Positions 52,134 through 64,000 of a stretch of DNA of 64,000 nt are shown here, one piece after another (positions within the stretch are counted from its first letter, which is position 1; each line of letters begins with the position of its first letter). The stretch is taken from positions 44,930,017-44,994,016 of the forward strand of contig NC_081377.1 of assembly GCF_030684315.1 (NCBI RefSeq), in the 5' to 3' direction. The notes under the pieces are model-generated. The model made no database searches. It had not been told where the DNA came from and saw only the letters and a list, made by a program, of their open reading frames with translations. This DNA is from Stegostoma tigrinum (lineage: Eukaryota). The translations under genes were made by a program, and so were the position numbers.

Positions 52134-52626
52134 CTTCAGAAGCAATAAGAAAGAAAGAGCTCAGAAAACAAAACACTGACCAAAAAGTAACAAAGTGGAG
52201 GAAATTTTCGACCAAGAATCCAATTTTAAAAACTACTGGTAAACTGTGTACAGTTTTAGACCTTCCCCTCCCCCTTTTTGCTACGGAATTTCCTGATCAC
52301 GGGACTAGAAAACGGCCATTTAACAACATCAGCGCATTTTTTCCAAGCCTTCGGGGGGGTGGTAGGTATTTGAGCCCAACACAATTTGGTCTGAGCCCCT
52401 ACTTGACAAGTTTCTAGGTACTACTCGCACTGAGGTAAGCCAGGCGGCAAGAAATTTTCCCCGATCGAGAGAAACAGGTCGGGAAGGAGGGGCAAGAGAG
52501 AGCGCAAACAAAAGACAGAGCCTAGTTTGGGGGAGGGGAGAGAGAAAGAAAGAAAGAGGATCATTAACAACAGCTCCCCCCACGCTGACCCTTCCAGGCT
52601 CGGACTCTCGCGTACTTGGTACTTAC

Positions 52627-52740
52627 ACAGGGCCCGGCGCTATCTAAATTGAAAATCCGCACACAGAACTACGTTCCCGGTCACTCTCTGCCCACAGCTG
52701 CTCCACCCCCTCGATGTAGCAGAAAATGGAATCCGGAGAC
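52627..52740 (-). other. PNRC2: PNRC2 5' exon 1 (TSS approximate)
   Basis: Donor TGT|GTAAGT at 52626; CpG-rich; YY1-like CCATTTT near 52723-52729; no ATG in the exon. Confidence 0.65.
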
Positions 52741-53170
52741 AAGTAGCCGCCTGGCAGCCAATCAGAAATGCTTCAGCTCCGACTCGCTACACAATCCTGG
52801 CCAATCGGAGTGCAAATAACTACCAACGGATACTTCACCCTGACCAATCAGCTCTCGAGCCACTGATGGAGACACCGCAGTGGCCAATCCGTTTCTATGC
52901 CGCCCCACGGGCTGGAGCAGTAGCCGCTGACATTTCGGGTTTATGTTTGGTTTTTGTTATTGTCGCTGGTACCGTCAGGCTATTCCATGTGCCCTTTGAT
53001 GTAGTTTGCTTCCTTTTCACCGTCCAAGATGGCTGCTCTCCTTATTGAACGAGTGTGGGCCCTTTTTTTAACGTTTAATCTCATTGGGTGGTTTAAAATT
53101 GGAACAGCATCTCATTAAATCGCCACCAATCAGCGGAAACCGCAAACGTTGAATACACGTTAGACGTGAG
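52740..53170. promoter_or_regulatory. PNRC2 CpG promoter with CCAAT (NF-Y) array and YY1-like site
   Basis: CCAAT at 52758, 52801, 52844, 52884 and about 53126; CAAGATGGCTGC at 53025. Confidence 0.75.
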
Positions 53171-53559
53171 TTGCAAGACTGGAACATTCCCCCTGGTATT
53201 TACTGTCGCTTAGGAGGAAACTGAGCTTGCACCTTACAGTCGTTTTCATATCCTCAGCATAGCCCAGTACTACTGTAAAAGCAGAAATTGCTGGAAATGC
53301 TTAATAGGGTTGGCAGCATCTGTGAAGAAAAAAATTCCGAGTTCTCGTCTCGGTTCCGGTGACCATTCCTCGGAACACCGGACCCGCAATGTTAATTGAT
53401 TTTTTTTTCACAGATGCTGCCAGACCTTTCCAACAATTTCTGTTTTTGTTCCAGTACCTATTGTTTGTTGCAGTGTACTATCGTGGTTGCGAAGTCAATT
53501 ACTATCGCCGTAGTAAAAATTAGAATGTCCAAAAACAAGATACTTGCTAACGTTGTATC

Positions 53560-53771
53560 AGAGATAATGGGAACTGCAGATGCTGGAGAATCCAAGTTAA
53601 TAAAGTGTGGAGCTGGATGTACACAGCAGGCAAAGCAGCATCCCAGGAGCACAAAAGCTGACGTTTCGGGCCTAGACCCTTCATCAGAGAGGGTCTAGGC
53701 CCGAAACGTCAGCTTTTGTGCTCCTGAGATGCTGCTTGGCCTGCTGTGTTCATCCAGCTCCACACTTTATT
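53560..53771. mobile_element. Palindromic Penelope-end element: 82-bp stem, 3 mismatches, 9-nt loop
   Basis: Arms 53599-53680 and 53690-53771 compared base by base. Confidence 0.9.
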
Positions 53772-54114
53772 TACTCGCTAATGTTTATTCATTATATTGT
53801 TGCACAATTACACAAACAGTCTAATATTTGTTTCTCCATTGCATTGCGTTGTCGCTGTCCTTTTTTTTCCATTTTTAAAAGAACTGCCCAAATGCCACCC
53901 TAAATGCTGATCCAGTATTTAAAGATAATCAGTGCTCACTTCACTGATAATTTGTAACCAAAAATGTACAGACGCTTAGTTACACCGCACCTGCAGTATT
54001 GTGTACAGTTTTGGATCTCCTTACTCTCTCATTGGGGAGACCAAGCGGAGAGAACTATCAGTGGTGCAAGGTGGATATCTGACAGCGAAGGAAGGAATAT
54101 AAAAGAAATATCTC

Positions 54115-55648
54115 TTTCAGACAGTAGGAACAGTCGATGCTGGAGTCTGAGATAACAGGGTGTGGAACTGGAGGAATACAGCGGGCCAAGCAGCATTAGA
54201 GGAGCAGGAAAGCTGTTGTTTCAGGTTTGGACCCTTAAGAAATGGGAGATGGGCCTCTGAAATAAATAGAGGTGCAGTGAAAGAAGGTGGATAGTGGAGC
54301 TGATAGGTGGGAGAGAAGACGGACAGGTCAAGGAGGTGGAGATGAAGCTAGTAAAGGTGAGTGTAGATGGGAAGTGGGGATGGGGTTGGTCAGTGAGGAG
54401 GGAGAAGCGGATAGGTGGGAGAGAAGATGGACAGATCAAGGAGGCGGGGATGGGGGGGTTAGTTTTGGGATGAGGTTGGGGGTGGGGAGATTTAGAAGCT
54501 CATAAAGTCCACATTGAGACCATTGGGTTGGAGGGTTCCAAGGCGGAATATGAGGTGCTGTTCCCCGAGTTTCCGGGTGGTACCCTTGAGACACTGGAGG
54601 AGGCCCAGGATGGACATGTCGTCCAAGGAGTGGGAGGAGGAGTTGAAGTCGTTCACGACTGGGAGGTGTTGTCGTATGTTGCGAACCAAGCATTGGTGCT
54701 CCACAAAGTGGTCGCCGAGCCTCTGCTTGGTCTCCCCGATGTACAGGAGGCCACTTTGGGAACAGTGGATACAATAGACCACATTAACGGATATGCAGGT
54801 GAACATCTGTTTCATGTGGAAGGTTTTTTTGGGGCCTGGGATGGAGGTAAGGGGGCAGGTATAGGGGCAGGTGTAGCACCTCCAAGCCCCACCACCCCTG
54901 GCACCCCCCACTAGCCCCACCACCCCGGCCCCATTATAAAGGATATGTTTTCCTCCCCATCCTTATCTGCCTTCTGGAGGGATCGCTCTCTCCGCATCTG
55001 TCCCCACTCCCCACCAGCCCCACCACCCCCAGCACCTTTCCCTGTAACCACAGGAAGTGCTACACCTGTCCCTACACCTTCCCCCTCAGCCCCATCTCAG
55101 GCCCCCAGAAAACCTTCCACATTAAACAGATGTTCACCAGCGTATCTGCTAATGTGGTCTATTGTATCCACTGTTCCCGATGTGGCCTCCTCTACATCGG
55201 GGAGACCAAGCGGAGGCTCGGAGACCGCTTTGTACAGCACCTATGCTTAGTTCGCGACAAACAACAACACCTCCCAGTTGCGAACCACTTCAACTCCCCT
55301 TCCCATTCCCCGGCCGACATGTCCATCCTGGGCCTCCTCCAGTGTCTGAATGATGCCACCGGTAAACTGGAGGAGCAGCACCTCATATTCCATCCTCAGT
55401 CTTTCATTCACTGGCTGAAAATTCACCTTTTCAGTCTCACTGATGCTAATTTCCCTTTCCCTTCCCACTGCGTATATCCAGAGAGATCAGCTGACAAAAG
55501 AAGTATGGGGAAGAATTTTCTGAAGAAGGGTCCAGGCCCGAAATGTCAGTTTTCCTGCTCCTTTGACGCTGCTTGGCCTGCTGTGTTCATTAAGCTCTGC
55601 ACCTTCTTATCTCAGATTCTCCAGCATCTGCAGGTCCTGCTTTCTCTG
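54115..55648. mobile_element. Inverted pair of Penelope GIY-YIG 3' regions
   Basis: ORFs 54492-54923 (-) and 55130-55783 (+) both encode VVYCIHCS..GLLYIGETK.RLGD.FV.H. Confidence 0.9.
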
Positions 55649-55994
55649 AAGAAGAACAGTTGGTTGTTAGCAGTTTTATTTTCCATGCCCACAACAAAAG
55701 GGAGAGAAAGAGAGTTGGTTACTTTCTTTTTGCAGGTTAATTGTTTCTCCTGCACATACATACATGTGGCAAGAGTCTCTTGAACCAGTCAAGAGTTTAT
55801 TACTGTGCTGGGCCCTCATAAACCCAACACAACTGGTGCCAATTGAGAAGCCATTCCAAAATTGTCCCTAGGCAGAGTTGCCTTGACATATAGATGGTGC
55901 CAATTTAGTTAGACCTTTGCCTCACCGCTCCACCAAAATAATATACTATATTACCCTCAACGTGTTACCAATTATTTTTGTTTCCTTGGTTTAA

Positions 55995-56860
55995 AGCAAT
56001 GGGACCAGGAGTTGGCCATACAGCCCTTCGAGACTGCTCCAACATTCAATAAGATCAGTGGTCTAACTCTGTATACCTGCCTTCGCGGCCCATATCCCTG
56101 TATTATAGAATCCCTACTGTGTGGACACAAGCCGTTCAGCCCAAGAAGTCTGCATCGACTTTCCAAAGTGTATCCCATACTGACTCACCACTCTACCCTC
56201 TCACCCTGCATTTCCCATGGATAATGCATTCATTGCTGGACACTATGCGCGATTTAGCATGGCCAATCCACCTAACCTGCATATATTTGGACTCTTGGAG
56301 GAAACCCACGCTGACACAGGGAGAACGTGCAAACTCCATACAAACTGTCGCCCGAGGCTGGAATCGAACCCAGGCCCCTGGTGCCGCCATGCTATTTACT
56401 AAAAATTTGTCTATCTCAGATTTAAACTTAACAATTGAATTAGCATTGACCGCCATTTGAGAAAGAGTGCTTTCTGACATCTTTCCTGAATGGCCTGACC
56501 CTAATTTTTTGACTATGCCCCTTGGCTCTAGAATCTTCAACCAGTGGAAATAGTTTACCTTTATCTACTCTATCTTTCCCTGTTAATATCCTGAAGACCT
56601 CAACTAGATCACCCCTTCTAAATTCTAGACAATAAAGGCCTCATTTGTCTAAGCTCTACTCATAACTTAAATCCTATAGTCCAGGTCCTGTCCTTGTAAA
56701 CCTACATTGAACTCCCTCCAGGGGCCAAACCTGATGCCCAGATCTGCTCACAGCACTCTGGATTGGGGTCTAACCAGGGTTTTATATAACTGCAGCATAA
56801 CATCTACATGCCTATTGTCAAGCCTTTATGAATGAAGGCCATCATTCCATTAGTGTCTTG
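55995..56860 (-). mobile_element. CR1 3' fragment with nested HE1-like SINE (about 56105-56392, -)
   Basis: Reverse SINE motifs GGAAACCCACG..GAGAACGTGCAAACTCCA..GGAATCGAACCCAGG within CR1 tail sequence. Confidence 0.8.
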
Positions 56861-57409
56861 ATTACCGTCTACATCTGGACAAGCCCCAGGCTCAGAGCCC
56901 AAGGGCTGCCTATTCCACTGCTGCCATCTTAGTATATTTGGAGAGAGCGAGAAACAGAGAATTCTGGGAAGATTTCTACCAATGCACGCATTATCTTTAT
57001 AACAATCTGAGATGCAAACCATCAGGTTTAGGGGACTCATCAGTCTTGGGCCCCATTAGTTTCCCCAGTTCTTTTTCTTTTTCTTTTTCTTTTTTTTTCC
57101 TCCAGTGATAGTTGTTGTACTTACTTCCTCTTCTTCCTTTGCTCCTTGATTTTATTTAGTAATTTTGGAATACCATTAGTAACTTCTACTGTAAAAAAAC
57201 TGTAGCAAAGTATGTATCCATCTCTGTTATTTCCTGGTTCCCACTTTTATTTCCTCAGTTTTGTTCTCTAAGTGACGTACATTCAATTTGACCTCGCTTC
57301 TTTTGTTTTGTGTATTTTAAAAGATCCACTCAATAGCTGTTGTACCAAGGTAGAACTTCATTCCAAAATTTCATAGCTTGATTTTTTTTAAGTTTGGTTT
57401 GATCAACGA

Positions 57410-58100
57410 AGAGACCTTGGGGTGAAGGTTCACAGTTCCTTGAAAGTGGAGTCCCAGGTAGACATGGTAGCAAAGAAGGCATTTGGTACACCTGCATTTA
57501 TTAGTCACTGCATTGAGTGTAGGAGTTGGGAGATCAAGCTTCGGCTGTACAGGACACTGGTTAGGCCACTTTTGGAATACTGTGTGCAATTCTGGCCTGT
57601 CTGCTGTAGGAAAGATGTTGTTAAATTTGAAAAGGCACACAAAAGATTTACAAGGATGTTGCCAGGGTTGGAGAGTTAGAGCTGAAGGGAGAGGCTGAAT
57701 TGGCTGCGGCTATTTTCCCTGGAGTGTCGGAGGCTGAGTGGTGACCTTATAGAAGTTTATAAAATCATAAGGGGCATGGATAAGGTGAACAGCCAAGGTC
57801 TTTTTCCCTGGTTAGGGCAGTCCAAAACTAGAGGTCGTAGGTTTAAGGTCACAGGGGAAAGGTTTGAAAGAGACCTAAGGAACAACTTTTTCATGAAGAG
57901 AGCGGTGCCTGTGTGGAATAAGCTGCCAGAGAAAGTAGTGGAGGCATCTGGATGGATACGTGAAGAGAAAAGGTTTAGAGGGCTAATGGCCAAATGCTGG
58001 CAAATGGGACTAAATTAATTTAGGATATCTGTTCAACATGGATGAGTTGGACTGAAGGGTCTGTTTCTGTACTGTAGAATTCTACAGCTGTATGACTCTA
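57410..58100 (+). mobile_element. CR1 3' fragment
   Basis: ORF 57422-57679 LYRTLVRPLLEYCVQFWP; KTRGRRFKV. Confidence 0.88.
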
Positions 58101-59084
58101 AACTCTTGCTGTCCATCTTGATGTTACTCACAAGTTTACCGTCAATGTTTATTTTCTCTCTATTTATGATTTTGTTGCTTTTTTTGGTTCATAAAACTTT
58201 CCCAATCCTCTGGCTTACTACTAATCTTTGCCAAATTGAAAATAAAATAAAACATACAACCTGATGCTACCCTTAACTTGTTTCAGAGATAGTAGGGACT
58301 GCAGATGCTGGAGAATCTGAGATAACAAGGTGTAGATCTGGATGAACACAGCAAGCCCTGCTCCTCTGATGCTGCTTGGCCTGCTGTGTTCATCCAGCTC
58401 TACACCTTATTATCTCACTATCCTTAACTTTCCTAGTTAACCAGGTTGGTTTATCCCCTTGCTAGAATCCTTTTTTTCTCATCAGGATACATCTCTGTTG
58501 TAAGCCATGAACTATTTCCTTAAGCATCTGCAATTTTGCTTCAACTGTCTTTGCTGGTAAATTCCTATCCCAATCCAGTCCAGCCATTTTTGCTCACATT
58601 TGCTCAATTAGTCTTATTGAAGCCTAGAGCAGATGTTTCTGACTCAAGTTCCTCCTACAGAAACTAAATGCTAAATTCACCCTGTTATGTTCACAATTTC
58701 CCAGGGGATCTTTTACTCTGACATTACTTATTAAAATTCTCTCCACCCTGTAATGCTGCCACATCTTCTTGCCTTGTAAGCCTACATTTCCCCTGCCTCC
58801 CTCCAATAATTTGAAGTCCTTTCTATAGCCCAAGTTATTCAATTTGCCAAGATACTGATCCCAGTAAAGTTCAAGTGTAGCCTGTTCAACCAGAATGGTT
58901 CCCTTCACCACCACTGCTGAAGGGAAGTGAAGGTATGGCATGAGAGCAAACCAAAATCAGGATATTGTGGCTTAGCTGCACAGTAAACTTCTTCACAAAG
59001 GGTAAAATGTACTCTGAAAAATTTTGTGTCAAGCATATAACAGAAAACAAACTCTGGTCTGGTTTCAATCTAGTGTTAATGGAC

Positions 59085-59465
59085 CAAATGGTCTAATTCT
59101 GCTCCTTTATCTTATCGTCTTGACATCTACCATCCTGCCCTCATAAATTATCTTTGTCACTTGCTTAAAAAACTCAACTAACTTTGTAAGACTGACATCC
59201 CAAATAAAAACCATGCTGCCTATTGCTAATGAGCCCATATTTTTCCAAATGTGAGTCAAACCTCTCCGTAAGAATCTTCTCCAATAATCTCCCTACCGCT
59301 GACGTAAGGCTCACCAGCCTGTAATTTTCCAGGCTATCACTGTCACCGTTCTTAAACAAAGGGACACTGTGGGCTTCTCACCAATCCTCTGAGACCTGTT
59401 CTGTAACTAAAGAGGCTGCAACTATTTCATACAATGCCCCAGCAATTTCCTCACCTGCCTCCTTC
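59085..59465 (-). mobile_element. CR1 RT fragment
   Basis: ORF 59174-59359 ENYRLVSLTSAVGRLLEKIL..QHGF. Confidence 0.8.
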
Positions 59466-59894
59466 AGCAGGGACAACAGGGGTGTAGATGCAGAGTAAAG
59501 CCTACTCTACTCTTTTAAATTGTAAATAAATCTCCCACTACCCTGTCCCCATCAAACAGCCTCAGTACAGGTACAGCGCAGATTAGATACAGAGAAAAAC
59601 TTCCTCAACACTTTGAAAATAAGGTTGAGCAGCATATAATTAACCTATTTTTAACACCAACCTATTCAGCAATGTCATTCCACAACTCTGGAGCAGATGG
59701 GACTTGAACCTGGGCTCCTGATCCAAAGGTGGAGAAGTTACCTGTGTGCTACAAGAGGCCTCTACACTTTTGAGACAACAAAGTGTGGAGCTGGATGAAC
59801 TTAGCAGGCCAAGCAGCATCTTAGGAGAACAAAAGCTGATGTTTCAGGCCTGGACCATTCTAGTTTGGTTCTAGCCAAAGTAGAACCTTTGGCT

Positions 59895-60185
59895 CTAGTT
59901 GTTAAAGGCAAGTTGTCTCAGCTCCAGGACATTTCTGCATAAATTCCTCTGGGTGGTGTTCTAGGCCCAACCATCCGCAGCTATTTCATCAATGGCCTTC
60001 CTTCCATCATATGGTCAGAAGTGCAGATGTTTGCTGTTGAATACACAATGTTCAGTACCATTCACAACTCCTCAGACACTGGAGTAGTCCATATTCAAAT
60101 GCAACAAGACCTGGTTGATGTCCAGGCTTGGGCTGACAAGGTGCAGGTAACATTCCCGTCAACCTAAGTGTCATTCAGTGACCTT
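59895..60185 (+). mobile_element. CR1-clade RT fragment
   Basis: IPLGGVLGPTI..YFINGLP..EVQMFAVE, a degenerate PQG..FADD region. Confidence 0.65.
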
Positions 60186-60189
60186 CCCC

Positions 60190-60665
60190 AGACAGAATAC
60201 TAACAACACCTCCCAGTTGCAACCCACTTTAACTCCATCTCCCATTCCTTAGATGACACGTCCATCCTGCGCCTTCTCCAGTATCACAATGATGCCACAC
60301 GGAAACTGGGGGAACAGCACCTCATATTCTGCCTTGGGAGCCTACAACCCAATAGTCTCAATGTAGACTTTACAAGATTCAAAATCTCCCACCACCGACC
60401 TCATCCCCACACCAGCAACCCCTCTCATCCCCGCCTTCTTGACCTGTCTGTCTTCACTCCCACCTATCTACCCTTCCCTCCATACTGACCAATCCCCATC
60501 CCAATACCTTACCTACACTCAACTTTCCCAGATTCATCCCTGCCTGCTTGACCTGTCCATCTTATCTCCCACCTATCTGCTCCACTGTCCACCTTCTATC
60601 ACCACCTCACTCTCTCTATTTATTTCTGTGCCCCCTTCCCACTTCCCTATTTCTGAAGAAGGGTC
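60190..60665 (+). mobile_element. Penelope 3' fragment
   Basis: CACCTCCCAGTTGC.ACCCACTTTAACTCC...TTTCTGAAGAAGGGTC, similar to the other copies. Confidence 0.8.
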
Positions 60666-61399
60666 TTATTTTTCAGTCTTAATTAGAAACATTGCATAGA
60701 TTCAAACACTAATCTAATCCACTGGGGCAGATGAAGGCCACTTTGCCCATGGAGTGTGTGCTCTTTGAAGGAGACACCTCGTCAATCCCACATCCCTATT
60801 CTTCACCTAAAATTCATGTATTTTTCCCTTTGAGTGCACCCAGTTCTCCTTGGAAAGTTAGCTTTGATTCTGCTTCCACCTGCTTTTTTGGTAGTGCATT
60901 CCAGATCATAGTATGCTCTGTTTAAAACAGTTCTGTACATCTTTCCCCTGGAAGAAACACATGAACAGTCTTCTGTTGGGCCTCTGTGGGGCACCCTCCA
61001 GGTAGAAGTAGCCCTTTAGACACCAATTTGTAACAGCTCATGCTGGTTCTTTCTTGACTACGTTGTCTGTGTTAGCAGGCCGGTTGGTTGTCGCAGGTTG
61101 TTTTGACACATCTACAGTTTTTTTTTTGCAATGAGGGCACTAGATCATTAACACTCAGAAATTCACCTCTCTGCTCCAGTTCTAGTCCAGCAGCGAGACA
61201 TCTTCCCCTGAGTCAGAACGTTGTGCTTCCAGGTCCTGCTTCAGATGGCTGAGAATGAAACCCAAGCTCAGGAAAGCCAGCACTCCTGTCAAACAGGTAC
61301 AGAATTTGAGATGCCTGTTTAGTGAGCAGCATCACTGATTGAGGGGGGCTGGAAAACAGAAAGGATAGGAGGCAGATTAGAAAGGTAGTAGTGGTAGGA

Positions 61400-62230
61400 G
61401 TGACACAATACTTTGCAAATTGAGATCATGAATCCCATAAGGTATGTTACCACATGGGTGCAAGGGATATAATGGAATGACTGGATAAACATCTGGAAAG
61501 TGAGGGTGAACAACCAGTGGTAGTGGTTCATGTGGGAACCAACAACAGGGGGAGGAATAGCTTGGAGGATTTGTCAGACAGTTTCAGGAATTAGGGAGTA
61601 GGATGGACACAGGGTCTCCTGGATCGGAATCACAAATACTGCCTGTGGCACAAGCATCAGCATTTAGGGAAAGGGAGGTTGGGAAGGTAAATGTGTGGCT
61701 TGAGGGATGGTGTTGGTTTAGATTTCCAGGACATTGCTATCACCTCTGGGAAAGGAAAAAGCTGATCTCAGGTTTAGAGGGACCAACGAGGGCAAAAAGA
61801 GAGAAAATGGGAGTAAAGAAATTGAGAGAAGGCTTGATTCTGAAAATGTTCAAAAATAGTTGCCTTTCAAGAGGAAGAATTGGTGGCCTTATTGATGTGC
61901 TCCAAATTATGAACAATCTTTTGGCGTAAAGAAGGATATTCTGTTTCCATTAGGTTCTACTGCTTGTAACCACGGGTCACAATTTGAAGGTTGTCAGCCA
62001 GAGTTTAGAGTGAAGTGAGAAGAAGCTTGTTAGGATTTGGAATGTACTGCCTGGGAGAGTAGTGGAGGTGGATTCCATTCAGTTTCAAAAGAAAGCTGGA
62101 TAAATATTTGAAAGTGTTGAATTCACAGGGTTACAGAGATAAGGCTGGAGAATGGGACGAACTGGGTTGGCCTTTCAGGATCCAGTACAGACACAATAGT
62201 TAGAAATGGCCTCGTGCACGGTAAAATTCA
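61400..62230 (+). mobile_element. Degraded CR1 pieces (ORF1 esterase-like and 3' end), flanked by Deu-SINE-like fragments
   Basis: PVVVVHVGTNN motif at about 61513-61545; CR1 tail at 61870-62225. Confidence 0.6.
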
Positions 62231-62852
62231 ATGGTGCAGTGTTGAAGAATTCTGCCCTGTTCTGTGTCCTGTCCTTCAGATGATTTGTTCATCCAAGGCT
62301 CCCAGGTGAACAGGGCTTGGACTTCCAAAAGTACTTCATTTACCTGAGATTGTTGTGTATCTAAAATGCATTGCACAGTGTGTGCAAAAATGCTTTTTTA
62401 GGCAATGCTGATGTGTCACAGATTTAACACTAAGTGAGAATTAGTTTATAAGGTGAGCTCCTACCTCTGAATAAGAAACCAATAAATAATATAACTTATA
62501 ATGAGCAAGTGAGAGAATAATAACTGAATGCTGCTACATACCAAGTAACATGGCCTGAAGAATGGTGTTGCTAGGTTCATGTTGAAACAGAGAGCAGATG
62601 TCCCTAACCCAGGCACCAGCCAGCTAAACCACCTTCTGGATTCTCTCTTTTGGCTGCAAATAAACTACGATGAGTATCTTTATAGGATGTCGAAATTGAG
62701 TTTACTGGTGCAGCTTGAATTCTAGTCACTGCCTTAAGATTTCATCACAAACTTGATCATTTCCATACACTGCAATGGAGCACGTGTGCATATAATTAAT
62801 GCATCATGGAGATAAAACAGCAGTGTCCTCTTGTGTCTCAATGTTTTAATCA

Positions 62853-63020
62853 TCGAATCCCTACAGTGTGGAAGCACGCCATTTGGCCCATCAAGTCCAC
62901 ACCTACCCTCTGAAGAGCATCCCACCGAGACCCAGATCCCTACCACATCCCTATAATCCATATTTCCCATGGCTAATCCACCTAGCCTGCAGACTTGTGG
63001 ACACTATGGGTAATTTGATT
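62853..63020 (-). mobile_element. HE1-like SINE 3' fragment
   Basis: AATCCCTACAGTGTGGAA..CCATTTGGCCCATCAAGTCCACAC..AATCCACCTAGCCTGCA. Confidence 0.75.
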
Positions 63021-64000
63021 CTCACCAACCATCTAATTCCCTGGCAATGCCAAGAAGTCCAACTTTCTGTGGCATCCTGTACTTGAGTATGCGCAATGTG
63101 TAATCTCAAGCTATGGGTAGTGATTACAGATGCTCCAATTTATTTCCTTTGGGTAGCTGACCTGAAGTCTGTCTTGCTGTTACCATTTGGCACTGGCATG
63201 GAATGTGTTGAATGAAATTAATGATCAATACTCAACTGGTTAGGCCCAGTTGTGAATTCTCCTTCCTTGGTCATCAAGACCTGGTTGAAACAGCACATCT
63301 AGCTCCAGGTCAGGAATGCTATCGACTGTACCATAAGATCTTATTAAAGTTTATCTATGGACCTACTAATTAATAAAATTAATCAAAGAGCCCATTTAAT
63401 GTATGTAGGACAGAGTATCAGTTTTGGTTTTAGCTAATTTTGTTCCTGACTTACCACACCCTGGTCAATCAGTTTACAAACACATACTTGAGGATAATGA
63501 AGGAAGTAACTGTATAAGTGACGTAAACTGAACTGAATTTGGTTTATTGTCACGTGCACTCAAATAAGTGCAAAGCTGGCAATGTTGCCGCTTATGGTGC
63601 CAACTTGGGTGCAAGATACCTAGGTACAGAGGTATTTGGCACAGAGTTGAAGTAATATTTTAAAAAAAGACTTGAATTACAGTCTTTTTCATCCAAGTCT
63701 ATGTCAGCCCCCAGCCTACAGTCTGCAAGGGCACTGCCCTCTGATCAAGGTTAAGTTTTAAAGTTTGAAGCAAAAACACTCCAGGAAAGGGAGCTAAAAG
63801 AGAAACAGGTAAAAGAGCAGAGCAGAGGAACTCCAGGTGGAGGGTCCTGCTCTGCTGTATATGACTGCTTTCAAATGCATTGCTTCTCAATTTCTTCCCT
63901 ACCCAGCCTACCCATCGATAACAACAATTTAAAGTCAAGTTTGTATTTTATTTGTCTTGCAGTTTATATATTTATTGAGTTTTTGTTTAAATTCCTCAGC

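Noticed and set aside
51822-52145. 107-aa ORF as a standalone gene
   Set aside because: It starts at TTG in the acceptor tract and runs past the 52009 donor. Only the exon-2 part is retained, as the uORF candidate.

Overview
Vertebrate genomic DNA, almost certainly a cartilaginous fish (shark), inferred from HE1-type V-SINEs, abundant CR1 and Penelope repeats, and the protein sequences. Two genes lie tail-to-tail, as SRSF10 and PNRC2 do in mammals. SRSF10 (+) has 6 coding exons from 22947 to 44168 (242 aa by my splicing). PNRC2 (-) has its CDS at 50460-50900 and two upstream 5' exons. Most of the rest is CR1, Rex/Babar-type and Penelope (GIY-YIG) retroelements, SINEs and Penelope-derived hairpins. 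Main points of interest: (1) the 11-kb SRSF10 minor-spliceosome intron appears to end in AT, giving AT-AT rather than AT-AC; (2) inside it, a repeat-free block holds a GA-rich poison/terminal exon, a recursive-splice-like AG|GT site and a second U12-like donor; (3) a spliced 42-codon uORF overlaps the PNRC2 start; (4) minimal hammerhead ribozyme cores recur in Penelope ends and palindromes; (5) a 75-nt stop-free in-frame intron sits in the RS domain. All calls come from reading the sequence by eye, and repeat boundaries are approximate.
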